In this document: positions 19,821 through 29,166 of the stretch, piece after piece
Layout of the letters: every line of letters starts with the position of its first letter
How positions within the stretch are numbered: the stretch's first letter is position 1
Sequence record: OP172785
DNA from: Escherichia phage ECO07P2
Length of the DNA stretch: 64,000 bases
Strand: one strand, 5' to 3'
The notes under the pieces: model-generated
The model's input: the letters and a program-made list of their open reading frames with translations, nothing else
Databases searched by the model: none
What the model was told of the DNA's origin: nothing
Position numbers and translations under genes: made by a program

Positions 19821-20254
19821 TAGCTTACACGAACATTAATCACTGCGCTGCGAGGAACTACAGAGTATTCTCCAGCATGAACTACATTAAGAAGTTCAAC
19901 GCCATCTTCAATCCATTGGTCAGTTACCCAACCACCAATCGGATTCGCAAATGGACGACGAATGTAAACCGCCTTACACAACAAATCAGTCGGATCTTCA
20001 GGTTTTTCAATTTCTGTCAATAGATTAAAATCTTCTTCATAGATGATAAATGATGATACTGTTCCATGATAGTTTCTAATTTCCATGTACACTGTACCAA
20101 TAAGAATTCCGCTATTAACGCTAATAACAGTAAAAGGATACCCATAAGTTACACCAAGAAGGTCCCAAAACTTACCATAAGTCGTATTAGACATTGTTGA
20201 TAAATCAATTTTAGGGGATTTTTTCAATTTGTAAACAGTATTAATTTTAATCAT
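19820..20254 (-). CDS. hypothetical protein, paralog B (144 aa)
   Basis: C-terminal region similar to 19249-19746 product. Confidence 0.6.
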   Translation of the reverse strand: MIKINTVYKLKKSPKIDLSTMSNTTYGKFWDLLGVTYGYPFTVISVNSGILIGTVYMEIRNYHGTVSSFIIYEEDFNLLTEIEKPEDPTDLLCKAVYIRRPFANPIGGWVTDQWIEDGVELLNVVHAGEYSVVPRSAVINVRVS

Positions 20255-20264
20255 GATTTTCTCT

Positions 20265-20768
20265 TTAGTCTAAAGTAATAAAGCCTTTTAATTCAGCATG
20301 CGATTTACGGAACATTACTTGGTGTCCGCCAATTATAACTTCATCTTCAGGAACTTCGTATACAGCGAGATAAAATCCTTTAGAAGATAATTCTTCACGC
20401 TCTTCTCGAGTGAACCATCTCATCATATCATATTCACTAGCGAAAGCAAAATGATAAAGAGCTATAAACCATCCTGGAATATAGTGATCTACGCCTACAT
20501 ATTCCTCTTTCTCAAATTTAGTATTAATTGCTATATTAGCATTTTTAACTAATAATTTGTCTTCGCGCGGAAGAGGAATTCTTTTGTTATCATTACTATG
20601 ATGTGTAAAATTAGGTCTATCATAACCTACGTGTAATAACCACTCTTCGCTCCATGAATCTATTATACTCCTGTATGGAGTTATTTGAACACAAAGATTT
20701 CGACGTATTGTTATAGCATCTTCACAATTAAGAATACTAAACGATGATTCAACACGATAAATTTTCAT
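20265..20768 (-). CDS. hypothetical protein (~167 aa)
   Basis: Track ORF trimmed to MKIYRVESSF start, preceded by SD GAGGATAATAAA and promoter. Confidence 0.55.
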   Translation of the reverse strand: MKIYRVESSFSILNCEDAITIRRNLCVQITPYRSIIDSWSEEWLLHVGYDRPNFTHHSNDNKRIPLPREDKLLVKNANIAINTKFEKEEYVGVDHYIPGWFIALYHFAFASEYDMMRWFTREEREELSSKGFYLAVYEVPEDEVIIGGHQVMFRKSHAELKGFITLD

Positions 20769-20786
20769 TTTATTATCCTCAGTAGC

Positions 20787-20826
20787 TATGGTGTTATAAT
20801 ACCACAACTAACCGAGGAAGTAAACA
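20787..20826 (-). promoter_or_regulatory. early promoter GTTTAC-18-TATTAT
   Basis: Minus strand GTTTACTTCCTCGGTTAGTTGTGGTATTAT. Confidence 0.55.
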
Positions 20827-20831
20827 ACTTT

Positions 20832-21515
20832 TTATCGTTTTGTTGGAAGGGATAGAGGATCGCAATCTTCCTCTGACGGAGCATCTTCAAGACCCATAGC
20901 ATATCGTAAAGCATACTTCATCATCAGGATGTCTTTCGCACAGTCATGAATAGAATCATGTGCAACGAATCCATCTAAAGTTCCCTTTGGAAGAGGACAC
21001 GTGGTCATATCACGAACAAGAAGAAGTGCTTCAATTCTGGTACGAATATCACGCTGATTCCAGAATTTACATGGTTCTAACTTAAATGTGTCAAGTTCAT
21101 TCTCAGAAACGCCATTAAGACGTTGAATATCGCGAATGAGATCGACTAAAATTGGAAAATCAAACGACATTCCACGGCACCAGCCTTGAGATTTCCAAGG
21201 ATCAATATTATGTGCATTGATGTAATCATTAAATTTTGCAATACCATCGATAGTGCTTACATCTTCATCTGATGGTGCAATATTTTTTCGAGCTTCAGGA
21301 GACTGATTTTTCCACCATTCAATAGTGCTTTTAGTAAAAAGACGATGTCCTTTTTGGCTTTTTAAATCAAATTTGATTTTAATGCCGCGCGAAACTAATT
21401 CATCAAATGTTTCAACTACTTCTGGATTAGGGTCAAAGGCAATAACAGCCAAATCAATAACAGCTGCCTTTTCACCGCTTCCCATTGTTTCAAAATCTAT
21501 AATAAAATCAAACAT
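20832..21515 (-). CDS. dexA: DexA exonuclease A (3'-5' exonuclease)
   Basis: 227-aa ORF MFDFIIDFETMGSGEKAAVIDLAVIAF: DEDD-type exonuclease motif (D-F-E-T); size matches T4 DexA. Confidence 0.85.
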   Translation of the reverse strand: MFDFIIDFETMGSGEKAAVIDLAVIAFDPNPEVVETFDELVSRGIKIKFDLKSQKGHRLFTKSTIEWWKNQSPEARKNIAPSDEDVSTIDGIAKFNDYINAHNIDPWKSQGWCRGMSFDFPILVDLIRDIQRLNGVSENELDTFKLEPCKFWNQRDIRTRIEALLLVRDMTTCPLPKGTLDGFVAHDSIHDCAKDILMMKYALRYAMGLEDAPSEEDCDPLSLPTKR

Positions 21516-21757
21516 TAAATTTTCCTCGCTAAATCGCGAATTTGACCTACAGTATAATCTTGGATATAAACTTTATTAATGGGCTCATCAATAAATTTTG
21601 CCATAGATTCAATATCTTTTTGTATCTCTTCAAGACTGTATACTATCTTTGAAGCTTTTTCGCGAATAGTAACATTATCAGGTCCTGAATTTTCTTGAAT
21701 GACAGCTTTAACACTTGCCATAAGAGATTTAAACTGGTGCAAACTTAATTCAATCAT
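21515..21757 (-). CDS. hypothetical protein (80 aa)
   Basis: Track ORF; weakly similar to adjacent 81-aa ORF (LEEI..D...DY.LG.I). Confidence 0.5.
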   Translation of the reverse strand: MIELSLHQFKSLMASVKAVIQENSGPDNVTIREKASKIVYSLEEIQKDIESMAKFIDEPINKVYIQDYTVGQIRDLARKI

Positions 21758-21995
21758 TAATAACCGCCTTATAAAGATGGCTAATTTCGCCTAAAACATA
21801 ATCACTGATTGTAACAGTTTTCACTTCACCGCAAAAGAATTCTAACGCAATCAAATCTCGTTCAATTTCTTCCAATTGAAGCATTAACTTGCCTGATTCA
21901 ATTTTCACGTTTTTGCGATTTTTACTATAAGCTATTTCATAAATTTCGCTTACTTTATCTTGGAGCAGATAAAACTGATCTTTAGTTATTTCCAC
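21750..21995 (-). CDS. hypothetical protein (81 aa)
   Basis: Track ORF; possible tandem paralog of previous. Confidence 0.5.
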   Translation of the reverse strand: MEITKDQFYLLQDKVSEIYEIAYSKNRKNVKIESGKLMLQLEEIERDLIALEFFCGEVKTVTISDYVLGEISHLYKAVIND

Positions 21996-22016
21996 GAATA
22001 GATTCCTCGAATTTAA

Positions 22017-23336
22017 TCATACGTAAAACACATCATAACGACCACGTGTTACACCAACATAAAGAAGCTGCTGAGCTAGTTCAGCATCTGCATAATGAAT
22101 ACAAGGCGTATAGATAAAAGCACGGTCTACAGACATGCCCTGAGCTTTGTGGAATGTTGATGCAGGAAGTGCTTTCACTTTACTAAACTGCGATTTAGCA
22201 TCCCAAAAATCACTCCATGGAGCTTTTCCACCTTTATTCCAATTTTTATAAGTTTCTGCCGTTTTACCTAAAAATAAGTTAAACTTATACAGCTCTTCAT
22301 CAGATGAAATTATTTTAATCTTTTCACGATAATATTCATCATCGCCGTAAGTTTCTACTGTTAAATCCCAATGACGAATTAGATATTCTCCAGGAACACC
22401 ACGAGCTTTAACAAATGTTGATGTATACTCTGCTTCTATAATACGAACTAATTGTCCGTTATTAAAAATAATTTCTGACACAGGCTTTCCATCAATTTTA
22501 TATGTTTTAATTAATGGTTCCTGCATTACAATAATTTCACCAACGATAAAATCTTTATCAGTTTCAAAAATCTTTTTGCGAATAATGCTATTTAACTTGT
22601 CAACAGATTTATTCGTAAATGCCATTACGCGATTTTCAAACAAATCATCTAGTGATTTTACGATTGAAAAATAATTTACCATAAAATCGCGTAAAGCGGT
22701 ATCACCAGTAAATCCACGTACTCCATGCCCGTCAACAATTTTATCATAAATCCACTTACCATTACGAACATCAGTAGCTACATCAATAATAGGAGCATTA
22801 CTGCGTTTAACTTCAGTGAGTTCACACTGATAAAAATCTTTATGTGTAAAGAATGGACTGATATAAGCAGTGTTTTCTCCTGGGTCAACAGGTCTAATTT
22901 GCTTATTATCACCTATTCCAATTATAGTACACCATGGTGGAATAGTTGAAAGCAAAATTTTAAATAGCTTTCTATCATACATTGACACTTCGTCGCAGAT
23001 TAATACTCTGCATTTAGCCAAATCCGGTACTTCTTTTTGCTCAAAAAGAACGTTTTCTTCATATGTTACTGGGTTAATTTTGAGAATACTGTGAATAGTA
23101 CTCGCTTCTTTCCCTGACAGTTTTGAAAGAATCTTTTTAGCTGCATGAGTAGGAGCTGCTAAAATAATGCCAGTTTCGCCAGTAGATATTAAGGCTTCAA
23201 TGATGAACTTAGTAAGAGTAGTCTTACCAGTACCAGCAGGTCCATTAATAGTTACATGATGTTTCTTTTCTTTGATAGCCCTCATAACGATGTTAAAGGC
23301 ATTTTTCTGGCCTTCAGTCAAATCATCAAATGTCAT
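22017..23336 (-). CDS. dda: Dda DNA helicase (SF1B)
   Basis: 439-aa ORF; Walker A GPAGTGKT, helicase motifs; N-terminus MTFDDLTEGQKNAFNIVMRAIKEKKHHVTINGPAGTGKTT as T4 Dda. Confidence 0.95.
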   Translation of the reverse strand: MTFDDLTEGQKNAFNIVMRAIKEKKHHVTINGPAGTGKTTLTKFIIEALISTGETGIILAAPTHAAKKILSKLSGKEASTIHSILKINPVTYEENVLFEQKEVPDLAKCRVLICDEVSMYDRKLFKILLSTIPPWCTIIGIGDNKQIRPVDPGENTAYISPFFTHKDFYQCELTEVKRSNAPIIDVATDVRNGKWIYDKIVDGHGVRGFTGDTALRDFMVNYFSIVKSLDDLFENRVMAFTNKSVDKLNSIIRKKIFETDKDFIVGEIIVMQEPLIKTYKIDGKPVSEIIFNNGQLVRIIEAEYTSTFVKARGVPGEYLIRHWDLTVETYGDDEYYREKIKIISSDEELYKFNLFLGKTAETYKNWNKGGKAPWSDFWDAKSQFSKVKALPASTFHKAQGMSVDRAFIYTPCIHYADAELAQQLLYVGVTRGRYDVFYV

Positions 23337-23644
23337 CGTAAATTCCCTGCAATTGGTATACTAACAATACGCCCAGTATCTAAAATTCGCCGATATAATC
23401 TTTGCGTGTCTACATCAGGCTTAACGTGTTTAACTTCTATTTTATTAAACCAAAACTTGCGTGGAGTCTCAACTAATCTCGGAATTCCCATACCTAAAGC
23501 TAGTCGATACTGCTCTTTAAGAGTTGTAAAAACTTTATCAGCAATCTCCCTTTCAAAAAATACAGCAGGACGATGTTCATCAAGCGGAACAGGCACCGCA
23601 AATCCATCTTTATCTCTATACACTATCGCATATACATAAAACAT
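23333..23644 (-). CDS. hypothetical protein (dda.1 position, 103 aa)
   Basis: Track ORF, 4-nt overlap with dda. Confidence 0.55.
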   Translation of the reverse strand: MFYVYAIVYRDKDGFAVPVPLDEHRPAVFFEREIADKVFTTLKEQYRLALGMGIPRLVETPRKFWFNKIEVKHVKPDVDTQRLYRRILDTGRIVSIPIAGNLR

Positions 23645-23645
23645 A

Positions 23646-24392
23646 TTATCCTCGGATAAGTTTAAAAATTGAACAATTTAGCGGGTATCCTCTTTTCAGT
23701 TTAAGTTTATCAATAAAAGACAAGTTTTGATACCGCTCTACACCTTGAATAATTTTATCACACATATCATATTGCATTTCTGCTTCTGACAACTTTTTCA
23801 CGGTTTTCCAATCCGAGCCTTTAAGAAGAACGTTCAATTTAACAACTTCAGCGCCTTCTGCTATACGAGAACCATCAATACGAGCTTTGAGTGCTATAAT
23901 CGTTAGCTTAACGTCAGAAGTTTGTTTTGATTTAGAAAGCTGAGAAATGTGCTCAATTCGGTTTTCACGTTTTTTCTGTATAGCTTTAATTTGATTATAA
24001 GTCTTTTTGATTTTAGCCCATTTCTTTTCATCTAAATTTAGTTTATGAACTTTTTTCGCAGATGAACGACCAATTCGCAAAGCAAATAAATCACGCTTTT
24101 CAATCAACTCTTCTAAAGTATAATCAGAACGAAATGTATTATACTTTTTCTTTACTGCAATAACATTCCCTTTAATGTATCCAACGTTATTATCAAAACG
24201 TTCTAATGATAATTTCTCTCCTTCAATACGATTATCAAAAGGTTCTCCTGAGTAAGCGCAAACTTTCTGATCTAAAATGTTCTTAATGTAATTGAAGTCT
24301 AAGTTAAAATCTTTAGAACGTCTTTTGGCAGATGCCTGAGTGTGCTCTAGACGACGTGTAATTTTACGAATTTGATTATTAGACAGTTTCAT
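23646..24392 (-). CDS. hypothetical protein at srd position with degenerate HNH-like motif (248 aa)
   Basis: CAYSGEPF...LSLERFDNNVGYIKGNVIAV resembles HNH-type zinc-finger motif with His replaced; position between dda and modA corresponds to T4 srd. Confidence 0.6.
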   Translation of the reverse strand: MKLSNNQIRKITRRLEHTQASAKRRSKDFNLDFNYIKNILDQKVCAYSGEPFDNRIEGEKLSLERFDNNVGYIKGNVIAVKKKYNTFRSDYTLEELIEKRDLFALRIGRSSAKKVHKLNLDEKKWAKIKKTYNQIKAIQKKRENRIEHISQLSKSKQTSDVKLTIIALKARIDGSRIAEGAEVVKLNVLLKGSDWKTVKKLSEAEMQYDMCDKIIQGVERYQNLSFIDKLKLKRGYPLNCSIFKLIRG

Positions 24393-24418
24393 ATTTTTCT
24401 CACGGACGGTTAACTACT

Positions 24419-24451
24419 TATACTATAACATTTTTACTTCAGCTTGTAAAC
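24419..24451 (-). promoter_or_regulatory. early promoter GTTTAC-18-TATAGT
   Basis: Minus strand GTTTACAAGCTGAAGTAAAAATGTTATAGTATAAG. Confidence 0.5.
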
Positions 24452-24507
24452 AACTTTATGAAAAATGCTTTAAAACTTTCATGGTATAATGAATCTAAGT
24501 CCTTCCA

Positions 24508-25110
24508 TTATAGATTAAATCCTTCAAAATCAAGAGTATAGATAGTGTATGTTGAATACTTTTTATACTCGTATCTATCAGCAATTCTAAATACACTTCC
24601 AGCTGGTATCATTACTTCTTGTTCATCTGAAACTAATTCCATATTACGATAACGGTGGCTATCTGGAAACTTAAAACTTGGACTATATTCTTTACAACGT
24701 AAAGCTTTTATAGCATACTCCTGGAAATTAAACACCATAGGAGCTTTGAATTCAAAAATAACTTGCGTGTTGTATTCTAATCCAGAAGCAAAATGTAGAG
24801 CTATATTTTTATCATATGAAGCTGATACTACTTTATCAAATGTAATAATATCAATTCCTTGATTTAACACCTGCTTAGTCTCAACTGGAACACCTCTCCA
24901 AAGAGGTTTATCGTTTGGAACCAAACGAGATTTGATTATTTCATTTAACCAAGAATGATCGTCTGGCTTATTAGTAATACAATGAATTAAAAGTTCAATT
25001 TCGGATAAATTAAATCCTTCAGAAAGTAATTCTTCACGAATAGAAGCACGCACAGATGCATCCATTGATTTGATTTTAAAATCTTTTAATTGCATTGCTG
25101 AATATTTCAT
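24508..25110 (-). CDS. modA: ModA ADP-ribosyltransferase
   Basis: 200-aa ORF; R (LWRG), S-x-S (SAS) and E-x-E (EQEVMIP) motifs of R-S-E ADP-ribosyltransferases; size matches T4 ModA. Confidence 0.85.
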   Translation of the reverse strand: MKYSAMQLKDFKIKSMDASVRASIREELLSEGFNLSEIELLIHCITNKPDDHSWLNEIIKSRLVPNDKPLWRGVPVETKQVLNQGIDIITFDKVVSASYDKNIALHFASGLEYNTQVIFEFKAPMVFNFQEYAIKALRCKEYSPSFKFPDSHRYRNMELVSDEQEVMIPAGSVFRIADRYEYKKYSTYTIYTLDFEGFNL

Positions 25111-25730
25111 TCAACTACCTCAATATCATACACTTTAAATGTTCCAAATGAATCGTGTAATTTTTCTTTTGAAATAGAAGTTATTTTATACTTTCCAATT
25201 GGAATCATCCATTCTTGTTCACGTACAATCATCATTAAGTTATCAGTACGTTCTGAATCTAATCCATCAGTATCTTCATATGTATACTTAAACTCAGTAT
25301 TAGGAGAAGAAAGTATAATATCGCTGATATGGTCAGAGTAATTAAAAGCTTTATCAGTTTTTAAGCGAAGTATTGTGTCAGTGAAATATTCGGCATAAGA
25401 AAAAGAACACGCTGTATGCAAACTAGTAGTAAATGAATCTACTCTGTTCGTTGAAAACACTTCTCCGACTTGTAAATCTTTAATGAGTTCTTTTGTCGAT
25501 TTTGATATACCACGATATAGCTGATAAGGCGATTTAGTTAAATGCTTTTTAACGATTTTATTCAACTGCTGATGAAGAGCTTCATTCTTTTTGGCTTCCA
25601 TACATTGCCAAAGAACTGACTGTTCAAAGTCAGTAAATTTTTCACAGACCTTTTTATACATATCATATTGAAAATCGACACTTTCAGCTTTTATAGATAA
25701 CTGTTCAACATCTGCAAGATTAATAATCAT
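25107..25730 (-). CDS. modB: ModB ADP-ribosyltransferase
   Basis: 207-aa ORF; YRG, S-T-S-like and EQEWMIP motifs; tandem with modA. Confidence 0.85.
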   Translation of the reverse strand: MIINLADVEQLSIKAESVDFQYDMYKKVCEKFTDFEQSVLWQCMEAKKNEALHQQLNKIVKKHLTKSPYQLYRGISKSTKELIKDLQVGEVFSTNRVDSFTTSLHTACSFSYAEYFTDTILRLKTDKAFNYSDHISDIILSSPNTEFKYTYEDTDGLDSERTDNLMMIVREQEWMIPIGKYKITSISKEKLHDSFGTFKVYDIEVVE

Positions 25731-25752
25731 GATAGCCTCCGTATACTTCAGA

Positions 25753-25785
25753 AGCTATCATATCATTGTTAGGAAGGAAAGTAAA
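25753..25785 (-). promoter_or_regulatory. early promoter GTTTAC-18-TATGAT
   Basis: Minus strand GTTTACTTTCCTTCCTAACAATGATATGAT. Confidence 0.5.
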
Positions 25786-25797
25786 CAACTTTTTGAA

Positions 25798-25980
25798 TTA
25801 TTTTGCCCAGGGAGCCCAGGGCGGAGGGTCAAGATGGTATGAAGCTAGTTCTTCTAGAAGAGCATCTGGGGCTTCAATTCCATAATTCTGTAATACTATA
25901 CGGTACTCTTTCTTATAATCACTAGAATCATTCTGGATATTCGTAGAATGATTATCTTCTAACATCTCAAATAAATCCAT
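25798..25980 (-). CDS. hypothetical protein (60 aa)
   Basis: Track ORF. Confidence 0.4.
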   Translation of the reverse strand: MDLFEMLEDNHSTNIQNDSSDYKKEYRIVLQNYGIEAPDALLEELASYHLDPPPWAPWAK

Positions 25981-25988
25981 ATTAATTC

Positions 25989-26459
25989 CTAGCGATAAAA
26001 ACCAAAATAACGATTAGCTTCAATAATTTTTCTTTCTTCTTCGGACATTCTCCAGCGCAGTCCAACATCAAAATGAGCCCAGACCATCTTAACAAATGCA
26101 TTTATATCTTTAATATCTTCAATAATGAATGTTTTACTTTTAGAAGGTTGACTCGCTAATTTAACTTTATCATCTTCAAACAGGTCAAAAAGACCATATT
26201 CATGAGCTCTTTTATAGCCTTTAATAGTTAAAGCTTCAGAAGAAGAAAATGGTGAATCAGTATTCTGCAAAATATCTTCAGTATGCTTTATAATTAGAAT
26301 AACATTTTCTGGATATTTTCTTTCTTTTATATCTTTAATTAAAATATCCGGATTTTCTGCTAAAGGAATAATTAATGAGCACTTTTTGTCAAGTGTATTT
26401 ACCGATTTACCTTCTTTAGACATAAATTCTATTGAATAATGTTTTGCTACTTCAATCAT
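25989..26459 (-). CDS. hypothetical protein (156 aa)
   Basis: Track [23 protein letters not shown]. Confidence 0.55.
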   Translation of the reverse strand: MIEVAKHYSIEFMSKEGKSVNTLDKKCSLIIPLAENPDILIKDIKERKYPENVILIIKHTEDILQNTDSPFSSSEALTIKGYKRAHEYGLFDLFEDDKVKLASQPSKSKTFIIEDIKDINAFVKMVWAHFDVGLRWRMSEEERKIIEANRYFGFYR

Positions 26460-26612
26460 GTGATTTCCTCTTGCCTACTAATGGGCCGTCAGGAATTTTG
26501 TTTTCCTGGATATATTTCTCATTTTCTTCCATCATTTTACTACCGACTTTAAGAAGCAAATCTAGTGCTTCATTTGCTTTAGCTTTAGCCTCTTCTAACG
26601 TCATATCTCTGT

Positions 26613-26816
26613 TCACGATTTATCCCCATAGATGTCTCTCATCAATTTAAGCGCTGAGCGTTCTAATTTCTTTTCTTTCTCAGCACTAATCATTGATTTC
26701 ATCCATTCTTCTGATTCGTTTTGCATTTCTTTATTTGCCTGTTCAACCCAACCATCGTCAATGTACATTGAGTTTGGTCTACTGAACCATTCAAGCATTT
26801 TCTTCAGAACTTTCAT
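26613..26816 (-). CDS. hypothetical protein (67 aa)
   Basis: Track ORF. Confidence 0.4.
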   Translation of the reverse strand: MKVLKKMLEWFSRPNSMYIDDGWVEQANKEMQNESEEWMKSMISAEKEKKLERSALKLMRDIYGDKS

Positions 26817-27288
26817 TTGTTTTACCTAAAACAACAGTAGGAGCATCGTCAAATTTATGAATTTTTAGCAATTTTGGATTTAAATTATTCCATACATAAT
26901 AAATGAAGTATGATAAAGCATCTTCACTCGCAATTATAAATTTATTTCCTTTATCTATTTTCCAGTCATATACTGAATCGTACGAATAAAAAGATAAAGG
27001 GTTATCATTATATTGTTCTGCGCTAACATTGATGTATTCGGATTTAGTAAATGCTTCAATTGCTCTAAACGGACTATTTGGCACAGTTTCAATAATTCCG
27101 ATCTTTTTAAGTTTTATTTCAGCATCTTCTGGAACTGGCATTGAAACAAAATTTTCTACGAGATACATTGGGTCACAATAACCCTTATCAATCATTACTG
27201 CTACGGTAATTGGAACGTCTTTAGCAAACGACATACTATTACTGCTAATATACATTTCAAACAAAATCGCTTCCATAATTTTCCTCAA
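26791..27288 (-). CDS. hypothetical protein (165 aa)
   Basis: Track ORF. Confidence 0.55.
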   Translation of the reverse strand: MRKIMEAILFEMYISSNSMSFAKDVPITVAVMIDKGYCDPMYLVENFVSMPVPEDAEIKLKKIGIIETVPNSPFRAIEAFTKSEYINVSAEQYNDNPLSFYSYDSVYDWKIDKGNKFIIASEDALSYFIYYVWNNLNPKLLKIHKFDDAPTVVLGKTNESSEENA

Positions 27289-27626
27289 TCACAAGATGTA
27301 GATGAACAACTAGAATCGCAAGAACTTCCACACGAATCGCCCGTCCATACATGAACAGGAACATTAGTGTCATATGAATCAGAACTAGACTGTGTATTCT
27401 GTGTATTAGATGATGCAGTAGGTGTTGACCAGCGCCAAGGATTTTTATAATATTCTTGGGCTTCTTCATAAGTCATAGTAACTGCTTCTACTGTTCCATC
27501 TCCCATATAAACATATTCAACTACAGTTAAAGGAAGGTAGTCATTTGAAATAGGAACTACACCTTCTCCAGGAGCTGTAGAGAAAAAATCCGTAAAGAAA
27601 CTTTTAAACCAATTAAAGATAAACAT
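27285..27626 (-). CDS. hypothetical protein with Cys/Ser-rich C-terminal tail (113 aa)
   Basis: Ends [19 protein letters not shown]; 4-nt overlaps with neighbours. Confidence 0.55.
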   Translation of the reverse strand: MFIFNWFKSFFTDFFSTAPGEGVVPISNDYLPLTVVEYVYMGDGTVEAVTMTYEEAQEYYKNPWRWSTPTASSNTQNTQSSSDSYDTNVPVHVWTGDSCGSSCDSSCSSTSCD

Positions 27627-27832
27627 TACAAAAAGCCTCTTTTGAATTCAACTTGCTTCTCGCCATAATCATATCGAATCTCTGCATTAAATTCGACAGA
27701 ACCATCTGCGTACATCATAAATGAATGCACAACAACTTCTGTAGACCATGGCTGTAATTCATATTTCTTCATTACATGCCGTGAAATGATAATATCTAAA
27801 TCTTCATTTGGTTTAATCCAACGATTTAACAT
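27626..27832 (-). CDS. hypothetical protein (68 aa)
   Basis: Track ORF downstream of promoter 27859-27888. Confidence 0.5.
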   Translation of the reverse strand: MLNRWIKPNEDLDIIISRHVMKKYELQPWSTEVVVHSFMMYADGSVEFNAEIRYDYGEKQVEFKRGFL

Positions 27833-27858
27833 AGTGCTCTCCTCTATAAGATAATTTT

Positions 27859-27888
27859 ATTATACCATACTCATTTTGGAAAGTAAAC
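27859..27888 (-). promoter_or_regulatory. early promoter GTTTAC-18-TATAAT
   Basis: Minus strand GTTTACTTTCCAAAATGAGTATGGTATAAT. Confidence 0.55.
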
Positions 27889-27904
27889 CAGTAAAATGAA
27901 AAAA

Positions 27905-27922
27905 GGACTCCCGGAGGAGTCC
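27905..27922 (-). terminator. terminator hairpin after soc
   Basis: ggactcccggaggagtcc perfect 7-bp stem flanked by A/T runs directly 3' of soc. Confidence 0.5.
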
Positions 27923-27930
27923 TTGAATTA

Positions 27931-28167
27931 TTAACCACCTATTTGTGTAGGCGTAAACATTGCAGCATTCTTAGTTTTCCAATCAGCTGCATCAGAAACT
28001 ACAGTAGAATATGCTGCCTTTTCTGACGGAAAGATTTGATAATGAGAATCTGCGATACGATGCTCGTTAGAATAAATTTCAAACGGAACAGAAACTTCCA
28101 TACCTTTAACTTCTTTGCCTTCACCTGCTGGATGAGTAAAGGTCTTGATGTTAACGAAACCACCCAT
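27931..28167 (-). CDS. soc: Soc small outer capsid protein
   Basis: 78-aa ORF with FVNIKTF and YQIFPSEKAAYSTV motifs recalled from T4 Soc. Confidence 0.8.
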   Translation of the reverse strand: MGGFVNIKTFTHPAGEGKEVKGMEVSVPFEIYSNEHRIADSHYQIFPSEKAAYSTVVSDAADWKTKNAAMFTPTQIGG

Positions 28168-28198
28168 AATAAACTCCTTTATTGTTTAATTACAGGTG

Positions 28199-28206
28199 TA
28201 TTTATA
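28199..28206 (-). promoter_or_regulatory. late promoter TATAAATA (minus strand) for soc
   Basis: Plus tatttata = minus TATAAATA ~32 nt upstream of soc ATG, followed by SD AAGGAG. Confidence 0.5.
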
Positions 28207-28380
28207 TCAGTTTTCAATGAAAACTTGTGCCATGAATTCATGTTCATCTTGAATTTGTTTATATAAAGCCATTACAGCATTTATATTAGAGCTATCTACT
28301 TTAAGTTGATAAGCATACAGCTCATGTAAATTAATTAAAGCTTTTTGACGTTTAATAAATTCTTCTTTGGATATTTTCAT
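28207..28380 (-). CDS. small hypothetical protein (~57 aa)
   Basis: Below track threshold; MKISKEEFIKRQKALINLHELYAYQLKVDSSNINAVMALYKQIQDEHEFMAQVFIEN. Confidence 0.4.
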   Translation of the reverse strand: MKISKEEFIKRQKALINLHELYAYQLKVDSSNINAVMALYKQIQDEHEFMAQVFIEN

Positions 28381-28580
28381 TTTGAATGCTCTATAATTAA
28401 TTTTAAGGCTTCTTCGCTGACAAAAATTTCATCAGGACCTTCTTCTACAACCCAATCAGCCATACGAAGCTGATTAGATAAGAGCTCACATACGAGCTCC
28501 TTATCATAATTTTTAAATAGCTGGTCAATACGTTTCTTGCGGGCTTTCTTAAGCTGGCGTTTATTTAAACGAGCCATCAA
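28377..28580 (-). CDS. hypothetical protein (67 aa)
   Basis: Track ORF; basic N-terminus MMARLNKRQLKKARKKRIDQ. Confidence 0.5.
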   Translation of the reverse strand: MMARLNKRQLKKARKKRIDQLFKNYDKELVCELLSNQLRMADWVVEEGPDEIFVSEEALKLIIEHSK

Positions 28581-29095
28581 TAACCTCGGTCTTGACGAGC
28601 GAAGTTTTCAGCATTTTTCAGATAATAAAGTTTAAAGATTTCTTCAGCCGTAAGACCAAGACCTTGGAACATGTTCAGAACGAAATGAAGAATATCAATC
28701 ATTTCGAATTTAATTTCCAACTGATCTTGCGGAGACAAATCAGTAATTAGAGTTTCACGGCGTTCACCATGTTGAGCTTTCCAAGGCTTCCATACAGCAG
28801 ATGCATCTTTTTCACCATTGCTCATGCCGCCAAGAGAAGTCAGAAGTTCACGGAATTCATCGTCAATATAATCTTTTTGATTACGCAGCCAATCAACAAC
28901 TTCGCCTGCAGTAGCCAAATCATCAGGATGACGGTTATATTCAGGTTTATCTTTAGCTAAACGAACCTGCAAAGATTTCTGCATATCAAGCATAACCTGT
29001 AGTGGGTCTTTTTCATCACCGAGAATATCCCAGTATTCATTTTGAGCTTTATCAGCGCCTTCGATCAGTTGTGAACATTCATTAAAGTATGCCAT
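28577..29095 (-). CDS. 56: dCTP pyrophosphatase gp56 (MazG-like)
   Basis: MAYFNECSQLIEGADKAQNEYWDILGDEKDPLQVMLDMQ...ENFARQDRGY; start trimmed from track 29188 to ATG after SD AAAGGA. Confidence 0.85.
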   Translation of the reverse strand: MAYFNECSQLIEGADKAQNEYWDILGDEKDPLQVMLDMQKSLQVRLAKDKPEYNRHPDDLATAGEVVDWLRNQKDYIDDEFRELLTSLGGMSNGEKDASAVWKPWKAQHGERRETLITDLSPQDQLEIKFEMIDILHFVLNMFQGLGLTAEEIFKLYYLKNAENFARQDRGY

Positions 29096-29166
29096 TATTT
29101 TTCCTTTCAATTCATGGGTTAGTAGATTAATTATACAATAAATATATAAAGCAATAAGGAGGACAT

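Noticed and set aside
26453-26605. Possible ~50-aa minus-strand ORF ([36 protein letters not shown]...)
   Set aside because: Overlaps the start of the 156-aa gene and lacks a clear SD; left unannotated.
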